Shown here: positions 34,909-45,399 of the stretch, piece after piece
Layout: each line of letters opens with the position of its first letter
Numbering within the stretch: the first letter of the stretch is position 1
NCBI GenBank assembly: GCA_963783055.1
Contig: CAWAMB010000004.1
Coordinates: 1,763,368-1,827,367, forward strand
Length of the DNA stretch: 64,000 nucleotides
Source of the DNA: an uncultured Chloroflexia bacterium
Lineage (GTDB): Bacteria; Chloroflexota; Limnocylindria; Limnocylindrales; CSP1-4
Direction of reading: 5' to 3'
Made by a program: the position numbers and the translations under genes
Notes under the pieces: model-generated
Told to the model about the DNA's origin: nothing
The model's input: only the letters and a program-made list of their open reading frames with translations
Databases searched by the model: none

Positions 34909-36813
34909 TCAGCTCGGCAGGACGCGCGAGACCGACTGGGACGTGAAGCACTCGATGATGTCGCCTTCCTCGAGGTCGTTGTATCCGGCGAGGCCGATGC
35001 CGCACTCGTAGTTCCGCTCGACCTCGCGGACGTCGTCGCGGAAGCGCCGGAGCGACTCGATCTTGTCGGTGACGACGATCTTGCCGTTGCGCCAGACGCG
35101 GGCGCCGCCACGAACGATCCGGCCGTCGGTGACGAAGCAGCCGGCGATGACCGTGCTCTTGCCGACCCGGAAGATCTGGCGAACCTCCGCCCGGCCCTCG
35201 ACGACCTCGACGATCTCCGGCTCGAGCAGGCCCTGGAGGGCGGCCGAGATGTCGTCGGTCAGCTTGTAGATGATGTCGTACAGGCGGACGTCGACCCCCT
35301 CCGCGTCGGCGGCGCGCCGGGCGGTCTCGGTGATCTTCGTGCTGAAGCCGACGATGATCGCGTCCGAGGCGGACGCGAGCATGATGTCGTTGTCGGTGAT
35401 GTCGCCGGCGCCCTCGTGGAGGACGTTGATCCGGATCTCGTCCTGGTTGAGCTGGTCGAGCGCGTGGGTGATCGCGCCGAGCGAACCCGACACGTCGGCC
35501 TTGAGGATGATCCGCAGCTCCTTGGCCTGGCCGGCCTGGATCTGGCGGTAGAGGTCCTCGAGCGTCGCCCGGCCGCTGCCGTCGCCGCTCTTGGCGGCCG
35601 CTTCGGCCTGACGCGACTCGACCATCGCCCGGGCGGCCTTCTCGTCGGCGACGACCCGCAGGATGTCGCCGGCTTCGGGCACGGCCGACAGGCCGAGCAC
35701 GACCACGGCCGACGACGGGCCGGCCTTCGTGATCCGCTTGCCCTCGTCGTTCTCGAGCGCGCGGACCTTGCCGAACGTCTCGCCGACGACGATCACGTCG
35801 CCGACCTTGAGCGTCCCGGTCTGGACGATCGCGGTGGCGATCGCGCCGCGGTTCTTGTCGAGCTGGGCCTCGACAATGGTGCCGACGGCCGAGCGCTTCG
35901 GGTTGGCCTTGAGCTCCTGGAGATCGGCGACGAGCTGGATCATGTCGATCAGCTCGTCGAGCCCGATCCGGGTCCGGGCGGACACCGGGACGAGCGGCGT
36001 ATCGCCGCCGTAGTCCTCGACGATGACGCCCGCCTCGGACAGCTCGGTCTTGACCCGGTCCTGGTTGGCGTCGGCCTTGTCGATCTTGTTCAGGGCGATG
36101 ATGATCGGCACCTTGGCCGCCTTGGCGTGGCTGATCGCCTCGAGCGTCTGGGGCATGACGCCGTCGTCGGCGGCGACGACGACGACCGCGATGTCGGTCA
36201 CCTTGGCGCCGCGGGCGCGCATGGCCGTGAAGGCCTCGTGGCCGGGGGTGTCGAGGAAGACGACCCGCTTGCCGTTGCGCTCGACCTCGCTCGCGCCGAT
36301 GTGCTGGGTGATGCCACCGCGCTCGCCGGCCGCGACCTCGGTCGTCCGGATCGCGTCGAGGAGGCTCGTCTTGCCGTGGTCGACGTGGCCCATGACGGTC
36401 ACGATCGGCGCGCGCGGGACGAGGTCGGCCGCATCGTCCTCGTCGAACAGGACTTCCTTGGCGGCCGGAGCGGGAGCCCGCTCCTCCTCGCCCTCGACGG
36501 CCACGCCGGCGGTCGGGGCGATCGTCTCGGCGACTTCGTAGCCGAGCTCGCCGGCGACGAGCGACGCGGTGTCGCGGTCGATCAGCTGGTTGATGGTCGC
36601 GAAGATCCCGCTCTTGATCAGCTCGCGGATGACGTCCGCCGGGTTGACCGCGAGGAGCTCTGCCAGCTCCTTGACGGTGATCGTCGTCGGCAGCTCGATC
36701 GCGCCGCGCTCGCGCGGGTCGATCGTCTGCACCTGGGAATTCGCGTCGCCGGGACGACGCGGCGGCTTGCGGGGTCCGCGTCGGCCGCGGGTGCCGCTCC
36801 TACTCCTGGCCAC
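34909..36813 (-). CDS. infB: Translation initiation factor IF-2 (short N-terminal form)
   Basis: 634 aa with the G domain [27 protein letters not shown] and NKIDK. It resembles IF-2 over its full length. Confidence 0.95.
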   Translation of the reverse strand: MARSRSGTRGRRGPRKPPRRPGDANSQVQTIDPRERGAIELPTTITVKELAELLAVNPADVIRELIKSGIFATINQLIDRDTASLVAGELGYEVAETIAPTAGVAVEGEEERAPAPAAKEVLFDEDDAADLVPRAPIVTVMGHVDHGKTSLLDAIRTTEVAAGERGGITQHIGASEVERNGKRVVFLDTPGHEAFTAMRARGAKVTDIAVVVVAADDGVMPQTLEAISHAKAAKVPIIIALNKIDKADANQDRVKTELSEAGVIVEDYGGDTPLVPVSARTRIGLDELIDMIQLVADLQELKANPKRSAVGTIVEAQLDKNRGAIATAIVQTGTLKVGDVIVVGETFGKVRALENDEGKRITKAGPSSAVVVLGLSAVPEAGDILRVVADEKAARAMVESRQAEAAAKSGDGSGRATLEDLYRQIQAGQAKELRIILKADVSGSLGAITHALDQLNQDEIRINVLHEGAGDITDNDIMLASASDAIIVGFSTKITETARRAADAEGVDVRLYDIIYKLTDDISAALQGLLEPEIVEVVEGRAEVRQIFRVGKSTVIAGCFVTDGRIVRGGARVWRNGKIVVTDKIESLRRFRDDVREVERNYECGIGLAGYNDLEEGDIIECFTSQSVSRVLPS

Positions 36814-37081
36814 GGGCTCCTCCTGTCGTTGTCATCATCGCCGGTCCGGCCAGGAGCGCCTCGCGGAGCTCCGGCGGAACGGATGCCGCGAGGGCGCGCC
36901 CAAGGGCACCACGCTCGGCAGCGATCGTCCAGCAGCCGGCATCCCGACAGAGGTAGGCACCCCTGCCGGCCAGCCGGCCGGTTTCATCAATGGTCAGCTG
37001 CCCGTCCGGAGTCCGGACCACCCGGACGAGATCCCGCTTGGGGCGGGCTGTCCGGCAGGCAACGCACGACCGGGTCGGGAC
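36800..37081 (-). CDS. ylxR: YlxR/DUF448 family RNA-binding protein; the 5' end is uncertain
   Basis: The listed ORF starts at GTG 37021, but the conserved R-x-C-V-A-C-R...KRDLVRVV motif lies in frame just upstream (VPTRSCVACRTARPKRDLVRVVRTPDGQL), with no ATG/GTG/TTG before it. Confidence 0.7.
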   Translation of the reverse strand, partial: VPTRSCVACRTARPKRDLVRVVRTPDGQLTIDETGRLAGRGAYLCRDAGCWTIAAERGALGRALAASVPPELREALLAGPAMMTTTGGARGQE

Positions 37082-37110
37082 ACGCCGCGGCGCGTCCGGT
37101 CGCGGCCGCG

Positions 37111-38544
37111 CTACGACGCCACCTCCTCGGTGGCAGGGGTCTTCTTGGCGCGGCTCTTCTTCACCGGCGCCGCGTCGGCGGGCTCGGCGTCCACGGCCGC
37201 TGCGACGGGCTCGTCGGCTGCGGCTGCCTTCTTGGCGCGGGGCTTGGCGGCCGCCTTCGGCTTCGCGGCCGCCTTCGGCTTCGCGGTGGGCTCGGCCACC
37301 GCGGCCGACTCGGCGACGGCCTCCGTGGCATCGACTTCAGGCTCGGCTTTCGCCGTCGCCTTCTTCGCTCGCGTCTTCGGAGCCGGCTTCACCGGCGTCT
37401 CGGCAACACCAGCCGTGGCGGCCGTCTCGGAATCAGCCGCGGGCGCTTCGGGCTCAGCGGCTTCGGCGACGGGCGTCGTCGTCGCGGCCTCGTCCTCGGC
37501 CACCTTGGCCGCGACCGACACGTCGCTCCGGATGTCGATCCGCCAGCCGGTCAGGCGGGCGGCGAGCCGGGCGTTCTGGCCTTCGCGGCCGATCGCCAGC
37601 GACAACATCCGCTCCGGAACCGTCACGTTGGCGATCCGCTTCTCCTCGTCGATGTCGACGCTGATCACCTGGGCGGGCGAGAGCGCGTTGGCGACGAAGA
37701 CGCTGGCGTCGTCGTTCCACGGGATGATGTCGATCTTCTCGCCGCCGAGCTCCGCCACGACGGCCTGGACCCGGGCGCCGCGCTGGCCGACCGTCGCGCC
37801 GACGGGGTCGAGCCCCTCCTGGCGCGAACCGACGGCGACCTTCGAGCGCGAGCCGGGCTCGCGCGCGATCGCCTTGATCTCGACCGTGCCGCTGTGGATC
37901 TCGGGGACCTCGAGCTCGAACAGGCGCTTCAGGAAGCCCTTGTGGGTTCGGCTGACGAGGATCTGCGGGCCGCGGCTGGAGCGGCGGACCTCGAGGACGT
38001 AGGCCTTGACGTTCTGGCCGATCCGGTAGTGCTCGACCGCCGACTGCTCGGAGGTCGACAGGACGGCCTCGACGTTGTTGCCGACGTCGAGGATGATCGC
38101 CCGCGGCTCGACCCGGTTGACGGCGCCCGTGATCATCTCGCCTTCGCGGTTGGCGAACTTGTCGAAGACCTGGTCGCGCTCGACCTCGCGGATCCGCTGG
38201 AGCACGATCTGCTTGGCGGTCTGGGCGCCGATCCGGCCGAACACGTCGTCCGGGAGCTCCTCGGTCTCGATGAGCTCGCCGGCCTTGGCCTCGGCGTTGA
38301 ATCCGCGCGCCTCCTCGAGCGTGAACTCGATGAGCGGGTCCTCGACCTCGTCGACCGCGACCTTGGCGCGGAACACCCGGATCTTGCCCGTCTCGGCATC
38401 GATCCGGACGTGGATGTCCTCGTCGCCGGCGACGCGGCGGTAGGCGGACTGGATGCCGTCCTCGACCGCGTGGATCAGCTGCTCGCGCGAGACCTGCTTC
38501 TCGGCGTTGAGCTGGAGGAGGGCACCGACGAAGTCGCGACTCAC
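37111..38544 (-). CDS. nusA: Transcription termination/antitermination factor NusA with a Lys/Ala/Pro-rich C-terminal tail
   Basis: 477 aa from the GTG at 38544, with GAAGGAGG 4 nt upstream. It has the S1 and KH domains (SRTHKGFLKRLFELEVPEI, AIGREGQNARLAARLTGWRIDI). The tail reads ...AKPKAAAKPKAAAKPRAKKAAA... Confidence 0.9.
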   Translation of the reverse strand: MSRDFVGALLQLNAEKQVSREQLIHAVEDGIQSAYRRVAGDEDIHVRIDAETGKIRVFRAKVAVDEVEDPLIEFTLEEARGFNAEAKAGELIETEELPDDVFGRIGAQTAKQIVLQRIREVERDQVFDKFANREGEMITGAVNRVEPRAIILDVGNNVEAVLSTSEQSAVEHYRIGQNVKAYVLEVRRSSRGPQILVSRTHKGFLKRLFELEVPEIHSGTVEIKAIAREPGSRSKVAVGSRQEGLDPVGATVGQRGARVQAVVAELGGEKIDIIPWNDDASVFVANALSPAQVISVDIDEEKRIANVTVPERMLSLAIGREGQNARLAARLTGWRIDIRSDVSVAAKVAEDEAATTTPVAEAAEPEAPAADSETAATAGVAETPVKPAPKTRAKKATAKAEPEVDATEAVAESAAVAEPTAKPKAAAKPKAAAKPRAKKAAAADEPVAAAVDAEPADAAPVKKSRAKKTPATEEVAS

Positions 38545-38807
38545 GATGCCTCCTTCACTGCATTCGTTCGTTGGCCGACAAAAAGAAACGCGAGGGGGGT
38601 CACCCACGCGTGGAGCGGCCGTTCAGTTGCCCGGAACTATACACCCGGATGGGTGGACGCCTCAAACGCGCGACGAGCGCGGATCACGTTGGGCCGCCGC
38701 CGCCGCTGCCCGACTCCGCGCATCCTGCCCGCTCATCTGACAGCCACCACGGCCGTATCCAAGGCTTGGACGCACGCGACCTGCCAAACATGCTCATGCG
38801 CCACCAA

Positions 38808-38893
38808 GGCTGTCATTTGATCGCGAATCGTGATCCGAGAGGTCCGGCGCGCCCAGCATGGTGGCGTACGGCGATCCTGGCTGTCGTTTGATC
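38808..38893. repeat. Direct repeat GGCTGTCRTTTGATC (two copies, 71 bp apart) in the long nusA upstream region
   Basis: The copies are ggctgtcatttgatc at 38808-38822 and ggctgtcgtttgatc at 38879-38893. They lie in a 380-bp, visibly less GC-rich non-coding stretch. Confidence 0.5.
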
Positions 38894-38925
38894 CTGAATT
38901 GGTCCAGAGGGCCGCTCCGCCGGCT

Positions 38926-39513
38926 TTATCGTTCGACCTCCGCGAGGTCCTCGAGCTGTTTGCGGAGCTCCGCCTGCACGACCGGGTGCACGAGGGCTCG
39001 AATGAACTCTTCGACGTCGCCGGTCGCACCCCGACCGGCCGCCTCCTCGTCGGCGACCGCGAACGCGAGATCGGCGACACACGAAGCGGCCCACACGGCA
39101 GCTTGCACGGCCCCGGTTTCGAAGCACTCAGCGGCGTAGATCGCCGCGTGCGCGGCGGCATCGTCGGTCTCGCTGTCCTGGTCGTCGATCTGGTTGAACG
39201 GGCCGGTCCCGAACGTTTCCAATGCCGTCAAGATGTCGCGCCGCGCGTCCGGACCCCCACCATCGAGACCAGCTTCGACCCGATCCAGGACCGACTCCCA
39301 GCCAAGGGTGAACGCCCGCTGGTCCAGGGCGGGCTGCGTTCGATGGATCGCCATGGCTCGTCGAGCGCACCGCAACGCAAATCGTTGGCGCCGTTCCGGA
39401 CCGAATCGCTCCAAATCCGCCCGGACCGTTGCCTCGACGTCCGGAGAGAACAGGAGGCCCGTCGCTCGGACCCGCGGGCCGGCGATCTCTCCCCAGGTTC
39501 GGTCCGACGACAT
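38926..39513 (-). CDS. Hypothetical acidic, helical protein
   Basis: 195 aa from the ATG at 39513 (MSSDRTWGEIAG...). Its composition is normal, unlike the Arg-rich upstream part of the listed 319-aa ORF. No family was recognised. Confidence 0.5.
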   Translation of the reverse strand: MSSDRTWGEIAGPRVRATGLLFSPDVEATVRADLERFGPERRQRFALRCARRAMAIHRTQPALDQRAFTLGWESVLDRVEAGLDGGGPDARRDILTALETFGTGPFNQIDDQDSETDDAAAHAAIYAAECFETGAVQAAVWAASCVADLAFAVADEEAAGRGATGDVEEFIRALVHPVVQAELRKQLEDLAEVER

Positions 39514-39524
39514 CGCCGCAGAGC

Positions 39525-40898
39525 CTATCCGGGCTCTGCGCCGACGGCGGACTCCCGGGCGTGAAGCGGCGTCGGATAGCGCCGCTCGACGTAGTCCTCG
39601 AGGATGCCGATGAACTCGTCCACTAGGCCCTCGCCGCGGAGCGTCCGGTCGAGCTTGCCGTCGATGAACACCGGCGCCACCGGGTCCTCGAAGGTGCCGG
39701 GCAGCGAGATCCCGATGTCGGCGTGCTTCGACTCCCCGGGGCCGTTGACGACGCAGCCCATGACCGCGACCCGCATCTCCTCGACGCCGGGGCGCGTCTG
39801 CTGCCACTCCGGCATCCGGGCCTTCAGGTGGGCCTGGATCTGCTGGGCCATCTCCTGGAAGAACGTCGAGGTCGTGCGCCCGCAACCGGGGCAGGCGCTG
39901 ACCTGGGGCAGGAACGAGCGGAGGCCCATCGACTGGAGGACCTGCTGGGCGATCTCGACCTCCTCGGTCCGATCGCCGCCCGGGGCGGGCGTGAGCGAGA
40001 CGCGGATCGTGTCGCCGATGCCCTCGTTGAGCAGGATCGCCAGACCGGCCGTCGAGGCGATGATCCCCTTCGAGCCCATCCCGGCCTCGGTCAGCCCGAG
40101 ATGGAGCGGGTAGTCGGAGCGGGCGGCGAGGAGGCGATAGACGTCGACGAGGTCGCGGACCTGCGACACCTTGGCGCTGATGATGATCTGGTCGTGGCGG
40201 AGGCCGGTCTGCTCGGCCAGCTCGGCGGACCGCATCGCCGACTCGATCATCGCCTCGATCATCACGTCGCGGGCATCGCGCGGGCTGCCCGCCCGGGAGT
40301 TGGCGTCCATGAGCTCGGTCAGGAGCTGCTGGTCGAGCGAGCCCCAGTTGACGCCGATCCGGACCGGCTTGTCGTTCTCGATCGCGACCCGGACGATTGT
40401 CGCGAAGTGCTCGTCGTGGCGCTTGGCGCCGACGTTGCCGGGGTTGATCCGGTACTTCGCGAGTGCCTTGGCCATCGCCGGGTAGTCGACCAGGAGCTTG
40501 TGGCCGTTGTAGTGGAAGTCGCCGATGACCGGGACGTCGACGCCGAGGTTGTCGCGGAGCTTCTGCATCATCGCCGGGACGGCCGCGGCCGCCTGCTCGG
40601 TGTTGACCGTGATCCGGACGAGCTGCGAGCCGGCATGGGCGAGGCGGGCGGTCTGGATCGCCGTCGCGTCCGGGTCGGCGGTGTCGGTGTTCGTCATCGA
40701 CTGGACGACGACCGGGTGGGCGCTTCCGACGAGCACGCCGCCGACGTCGACGCTGACCGTCGGGCGACGGCGGGGACGGAGCGAGTCGGGGCTCGTGACC
40801 GGTGGTCGGGCGTCGAGCGGGATCGGGCTCGCCGGGCCGGTCCGACCGGACGGGTCCTCGACGAGCGGCAGATGGTCGACGCCGTCGGCGTCAGGCAT
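39525..40898 (-). CDS. ispG: 4-hydroxy-3-methylbut-2-enyl-diphosphate synthase (IspG) with an N-terminal extension
   Basis: 457 aa from the ATG at 40898. It has [21 protein letters not shown] and CPGCGRT...[10 protein letters not shown] (the Fe-S cysteines). The listed 836-aa ORF is a frame coincidence with rseP. Confidence 0.9.
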   Translation of the reverse strand: MPDADGVDHLPLVEDPSGRTGPASPIPLDARPPVTSPDSLRPRRRPTVSVDVGGVLVGSAHPVVVQSMTNTDTADPDATAIQTARLAHAGSQLVRITVNTEQAAAAVPAMMQKLRDNLGVDVPVIGDFHYNGHKLLVDYPAMAKALAKYRINPGNVGAKRHDEHFATIVRVAIENDKPVRIGVNWGSLDQQLLTELMDANSRAGSPRDARDVMIEAMIESAMRSAELAEQTGLRHDQIIISAKVSQVRDLVDVYRLLAARSDYPLHLGLTEAGMGSKGIIASTAGLAILLNEGIGDTIRVSLTPAPGGDRTEEVEIAQQVLQSMGLRSFLPQVSACPGCGRTTSTFFQEMAQQIQAHLKARMPEWQQTRPGVEEMRVAVMGCVVNGPGESKHADIGISLPGTFEDPVAPVFIDGKLDRTLRGEGLVDEFIGILEDYVERRYPTPLHARESAVGAEPG

Positions 40899-42017
40899 CA
40901 CGAGCCGCCGGACAGGATCCGGACGATGTCGAAGCCGCTCACCCAGATCAGGAATCCGAACAGGAAGACGAAGCCGACCATGTACGTCGCCTGCTCGGCG
41001 CGCAGGCTGATCCGCGTCCCGAAGACGCGCTTCAGGACGATCATCAGCATCCGCCCGCCGTCGAGCGGCGGGAACGGCAGGATGTTCACGAGGGCGAGGT
41101 TCGCCGACAGGATCCCGGCGACGTAGAGCGTCAACACGAAGCCCTGCCCGAAGAAGATGTCGGAGATCTGGGTCGCGATCCCGATCGGGCCCGACACGGG
41201 TGGGGCCGCGGTCGGGTTGCTGATCACCTGCCGCGCGAGATCGCCGAGGCCGCCGAGGATCACGCCGAACCAGCGGACCGTCTCGTTGGCCCCGACGCCG
41301 ATGGCGGCCGGCAGGTCGCGGGTGAACGTCCCGTACAGGCGGGTCTCGTACTGGCTGATCCCGAGAGCGCCCTTCTGCGGGATGCCGTCCTTGTCCTTCG
41401 AGGCGTCGATCTCGGACTGGGTCCGGAGCGTGACGGGGATCTGCTCGATCGATCCCGTTCGGGTGCTCGATCGTCAGCGTGACGGTCTTGCCGACGTTGG
41501 ACCGGAGGTCCGTGAGGATGTTCGCGGACCCGAAGAACTCGTTCTGGCGGCCGTCGACCGCCAGCACGGCGTCGCCCGACTGGAGGCCGACCGAGGCCGC
41601 CGGCGAGTTCGGCTGGACCTCGGCGAAGCGGACGCCGACGAACGGCGTCGCCAGCCAGGCGATCAGGGTGAAGATCAGGAACGAGACGACGAGGTTCATC
41701 GCGACGCCGGCGACGAGGATGATCAGCTTGACGGGCAGCCGGGCCCGGGCGAACGAGCGCGGGTCGTCGTTCTCGTCGCCGTCCTCACCCTCGAGCTTGA
41801 CGAAGCCGCCGATCGGCAGCCAGTTCAGCGTGTAGAGGGTCTCGCCGCGCGCCCGCAGGACCTTCGCCCGGGGCGGGAAGCCGATCCCGAACTCGAGGAC
41901 GCGGATGCCGGCCAGGCGAGCCGTGATGAAGTGGCCGATCTCGTGGATCAGGACGAGGCTGCCCAGGACGACGATGAACAGGACGATCGTGACGAGGACG
42001 CCGAGGGGACCGGTCAC
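40898..42017 (-). CDS. rseP: RIP site-2 metalloprotease (RseP/Rip1-like, M50 with PDZ); one net +1 frame break as sequenced
   Basis: It starts at GTG 42017, in a GTGA overlap with dxr. It has HEIGHF, a PDZ domain ([19 protein letters not shown]), and then the frame changes at GATCGATC (41447-41454). The C-terminal part continues in the listed ORF 40898..41263 ([13 protein letters not shown]). The total length is 1120 nt, which is 3n+1. Confidence 0.8.
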
Positions 42018-43201
42018 GCGCGGGCCTCGCGCCACGTCGTGGCGAACGCTCGGACCTCGCCGTCCAGGGCGATGAGGGTCTCAAGATCGGGGGCCTGGTC
42101 GGCGCCGGTCCCGAACCGCTCCACGGCGGCGCCGAGGAGGGCGGGGATTCCGGTGAAGCCGAGGCTGCCGGCCAGGAACCGCTCGACGGCGATGTCGTCG
42201 GCGGCGATCAGGGCCGTCGTCGCCCGCTGACCGATCCGGCCGGCGTCGCGCGCGATCCGGAGCGCCGGGAAGCGCGCCTCGTCCGGCGCCCGGAAGTCGA
42301 GCCGGCCGGCCGCGACGAGGTCGACGGCGGCGGTCGCTGCGGGGCGGCGGTCGGGGAATGTCAGGGCGAACTGGATCGGGGTGCGCATATCCGGGGTGCC
42401 GAGCTGAGCCTTCAGGGATCCGTCCACGAACCGGACCGCTGAGTGGACGACGCTCTGCGGATGGATGACGACCTCGATCGCGTCATCGCCGACATCGTAC
42501 AGCCAGCGTGCTTCCACGACCTCCAGGCCCTTGTTCGCGAGGGTCGCCGAGTCGATCGTGATCTTGGCGCCCATGGTCCAGGTCGGGTGGCGAAGGGCCT
42601 GCTCGCGGGTCACGCTGGTGAGGTCCGCCGGAGCGTCGAGGAACGGTCCGCCCGAGGCGGTGAGGACGAGCGATGCGACCGTCGCCATCGATTCGCCGAC
42701 CAGGCACTGCCAGATCGCGGAGTGCTCGGAATCGATCGGGCGGAGCCAGGCAAGCGGGCTCGCGAACGGATCGCCCGGGTCCATCGACGCCCGCTCGTCG
42801 GCGCGGGCGCGGGCCAGGGGCATGACGAGATGGCCGCCGGCGACGAGCGTTTCCTTGTTCGCGGTTGCGACGATCTTGCCGGCCGTCAACGCCGCCAGGA
42901 CGGGCCGGAGGCTGACGATGCCACCCGTCGCGACGACGACGAGGTCGACGTCGGCGCCGGTCGCGAGATCGACCAGGGCCTCATCGCTGGCGCCCGCGAC
43001 CGCCACCCCGACCTTGAGGCGGCCAGCCTGCTCGGCCAGCAGCGTCCGGTTGGATCCAGCGGCGAGCGCAACGACCTCGAACGCGTCCGGGTGCGCCGCC
43101 AGGACGTCGAGCGTCTGGGTCCCGATCGAGCCGGTCGAGCCCAGGACGGCAACCCGGCGACGCCTCGCCGGATCGCCGTCAGCGGACGCCGGCGAGGACA
43201 T
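42014..43201 (-). CDS. dxr: 1-deoxy-D-xylulose-5-phosphate reductoisomerase
   Basis: 395 aa with [35 protein letters not shown] and [17 protein letters not shown]. Confidence 0.9.
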   Translation of the reverse strand: MSSPASADGDPARRRRVAVLGSTGSIGTQTLDVLAAHPDAFEVVALAAGSNRTLLAEQAGRLKVGVAVAGASDEALVDLATGADVDLVVVATGGIVSLRPVLAALTAGKIVATANKETLVAGGHLVMPLARARADERASMDPGDPFASPLAWLRPIDSEHSAIWQCLVGESMATVASLVLTASGGPFLDAPADLTSVTREQALRHPTWTMGAKITIDSATLANKGLEVVEARWLYDVGDDAIEVVIHPQSVVHSAVRFVDGSLKAQLGTPDMRTPIQFALTFPDRRPAATAAVDLVAAGRLDFRAPDEARFPALRIARDAGRIGQRATTALIAADDIAVERFLAGSLGFTGIPALLGAAVERFGTGADQAPDLETLIALDGEVRAFATTWREARA

Positions 43202-43991
43202 ACAGCGCCAGCACCGGGGCCGCGAACAGGAAGGAGTCGACGCGGTCGAGGACGCCGCCGTGGCCCGGGATCAGGTTCCCCGAATCCTTCGCTCCGGCGG
43301 CGCGCTTCAGCATCGACTCGGCGAGGTCGCCGGCCTGCGCCGCAAGCGAGATGAGCGGCCCGACGATCAACGCGGTCACGGGCGCCTGGCCGAGCCCGAC
43401 GAGGACCAGGGCGCTGACCGCGGTCGCCGCAACGATGCCGCCGATCAGCCCGGCCCACGTCTTCGACGGCGAGATGTGGGTCAGGAACTTCCGCCGCCCG
43501 AACCGCTTGCCGATGAGATACGCGCCAGTGTCGTAGGACCAGACGGCGAGGACCAGCAGCACGATCCAGCCGCGGTCCGAGCCGAGCGCGGCCAGCGGCG
43601 CACCCTCGGGCAGCGGCGGCGCCTGATGCCCGAGCCGGATCACGAAGCCGAGCATGGCTGCGTAGAACGCCCCGAACACGGTCGTGAACCACGTCGGCAG
43701 GCCGTCGCGCGGGTCCGTCCGGGTGAATGACCCGACCGCCGCAAGGACCGTGCCGGTCGCGATCAGGAGGACGCCACTGCTGTCGATCGCGGGCACGATC
43801 GCCGCGTCGAGCACGAGCGCGACCGCGAACGCCACGCCGAACCAGCCGAGGGACGGGTAGCCGGCTCCGGTCAGGAGCTGGAACACCTCGCGCGCGGCGA
43901 GCGCGGTGGCGGCGACCAGGACGGCCACGATCCAGGGCCCGCCCAGGAGCAGAGCGATGACCAGGGGCGGGATCAGGACGGCCGCGCTCAT
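43179..43991 (-). CDS. cdsA: Phosphatidate cytidylyltransferase
   Basis: 270 aa from the ATG at 43991. It is polytopic, with the C-terminal signature SMLKRAAGAKDSGNLIPGHGGVLDRVDS. Confidence 0.85.
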   Translation of the reverse strand: MSAAVLIPPLVIALLLGGPWIVAVLVAATALAAREVFQLLTGAGYPSLGWFGVAFAVALVLDAAIVPAIDSSGVLLIATGTVLAAVGSFTRTDPRDGLPTWFTTVFGAFYAAMLGFVIRLGHQAPPLPEGAPLAALGSDRGWIVLLVLAVWSYDTGAYLIGKRFGRRKFLTHISPSKTWAGLIGGIVAATAVSALVLVGLGQAPVTALIVGPLISLAAQAGDLAESMLKRAAGAKDSGNLIPGHGGVLDRVDSFLFAAPVLALYVLAGVR

Positions 43992-44035
43992 CGCGCGCTG
44001 GCGGAGCGACCCGGCGGGGAGCGGCGTCGTGCCGT

Positions 44036-44842
44036 TCAGCGTCCGAACCGGCGGGTCCGGCTGGCGAACTCGAGGAGCGCCGCGTCGAACGCGTCCGCCC
44101 CGAAGTCGGGCCACAGGACCTCGGTCGTGTACAGCTCGGCGTAGGCCGCCTGCCAGATGAGGAAGTTCGACAGGCGCTGCTCGCCACCCGTCCGGATCAC
44201 GAGGTCCGGGTCCGGCAAACCGGCGGTGTAGAGCGCCTCGGCGATCGCCGACTCGTCGATCGATTCGGCCGTCCGGCCACTGGCCACGATCCGCCGGACG
44301 GCATCGACGAGCTCGGTCCGGCCGGCATAGTTGAACGCGACATTCAGGAGGAGCCGATCGCCGCCGGCCGTCTCGGCGAGGGCCTCGCCGATCGAGCTGC
44401 GCGTGTCGTCCGGCAGCTCGTCGAGGCGGCCGAGGAGGCGGATCCGGACGCCCTGGGTCTTGAGCTCCGCGGTCTCGCTCCGGATCGCGTGCTCGAGGAG
44501 GGCGAAGAGGCCGCGGACCTCGTCGTCGGAGCGGGCCCAGTTCTCGCGGCTGAAGGCGTAGACGGTGACGACCGGGACGCCACGCTTGACGGCGTGGCGG
44601 AGGAGGGTCCGGATGGCCTCGACGCCGGCGGCATGGCCGTCGAGCTCGGCGAGGCCCTGCTGGCGGGCCCAGCGGCGGTTGCCGTCCATGATGATCGCGA
44701 CGTGGCGCGGCAGCTCGCTGTCCGGCAGGAGCGGTTCGGTGTCGGGCGCGGTCGCAGGGGCGGCGCCGGACGCAGCCTCGGCGTCGGAACGATGCGCCGT
44801 CGGCGGCGCGTCGGTCGGACGGGCGAGGGGCGGACCGGCCAC
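44036..44842 (-). CDS. uppS: Isoprenyl transferase (undecaprenyl/decaprenyl-diphosphate synthase family)
   Basis: It has HVAIIMDGNRRWA, AFSRENWARS, IRTGGEQRLSNFLIWQAAYAE. Confidence 0.9.
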   Translation of the reverse strand: MAGPPLARPTDAPPTAHRSDAEAASGAAPATAPDTEPLLPDSELPRHVAIIMDGNRRWARQQGLAELDGHAAGVEAIRTLLRHAVKRGVPVVTVYAFSRENWARSDDEVRGLFALLEHAIRSETAELKTQGVRIRLLGRLDELPDDTRSSIGEALAETAGGDRLLLNVAFNYAGRTELVDAVRRIVASGRTAESIDESAIAEALYTAGLPDPDLVIRTGGEQRLSNFLIWQAAYAELYTTEVLWPDFGADAFDAALLEFASRTRRFGR

Positions 44843-45399
44843 TAGACCTCCATGACCTCCTGCTCCTTGCCGGCGCCGACCCGATCGACCTCGCCGATCC
44901 AGCGATCGGTCGTCTTCTGGAGCTGGTCGAGCTGGCGATGCGACTCGTCGGTGCCGACGGTCCCGTCGCGCTCTTCCTTCTTCAGGTCGTCCGCCGCGTC
45001 ACGGCGCAGATTGCGGATCTCGACCTTGGCCTCTTCCATCCGCTTGTGGACGCTCTTGACGAGGTCCTTGCGACGATCCTCGGTCAGCGGCGGGATGTTG
45101 AGCCGGACGACCGTGCCATCGACGTTCGGCATCAGGCCGATGTCGCTCTTCTGGATCGCCTTCTCGATGGCCCCGAGGACGCCGCGGTCCCACGGCTGGA
45201 TGACGATCTGGTGCGCTTCGGGGACGCTGATCCCGGCCAGCTGATTGAGCGGGGTCTGGGTGCCGTAGTAGTCGATCATCAGGCGCTCGACGAGGGCCGT
45301 CGAGGCGCGACCGGTCCGGAAGGCCTGGAAGTCACGCTCCATCGCCTCCACGGCGCGGCCCATCTTGTGATCGGCGGACGGGATCGTCTCGCTGCTCAT
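44842..45399 (-). CDS. frr: Ribosome recycling factor
   Basis: 185 aa with [19 protein letters not shown] and [14 protein letters not shown]. Confidence 0.95.
   Translation of the reverse strand: MSSETIPSADHKMGRAVEAMERDFQAFRTGRASTALVERLMIDYYGTQTPLNQLAGISVPEAHQIVIQPWDRGVLGAIEKAIQKSDIGLMPNVDGTVVRLNIPPLTEDRRKDLVKSVHKRMEEAKVEIRNLRRDAADDLKKEERDGTVGTDESHRQLDQLQKTTDRWIGEVDRVGAGKEQEVMEV

Noticed and set aside
37111-37500. The Lys/Ala/Pro-rich AKPKAAAKPKAAAKPRAKK segment as a separate histone-like or HU-like gene.
   Set aside because: It is continuous and in frame with the NusA KH domains, with no internal start or RBS. Such basic tails are common C-terminal extensions in high-GC bacteria.
39525-42035. 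An 836-aa ORF that looks like an RseP-IspG fusion protein.
   Set aside because: The middle 250 residues ([23 protein letters not shown]...) are out-of-frame Arg/Pro/Asp junk. The real RseP C-terminus is in another frame and ends at 40898, where ispG has its own ATG. The apparent fusion is a frame coincidence caused by the break at 41447-41454.
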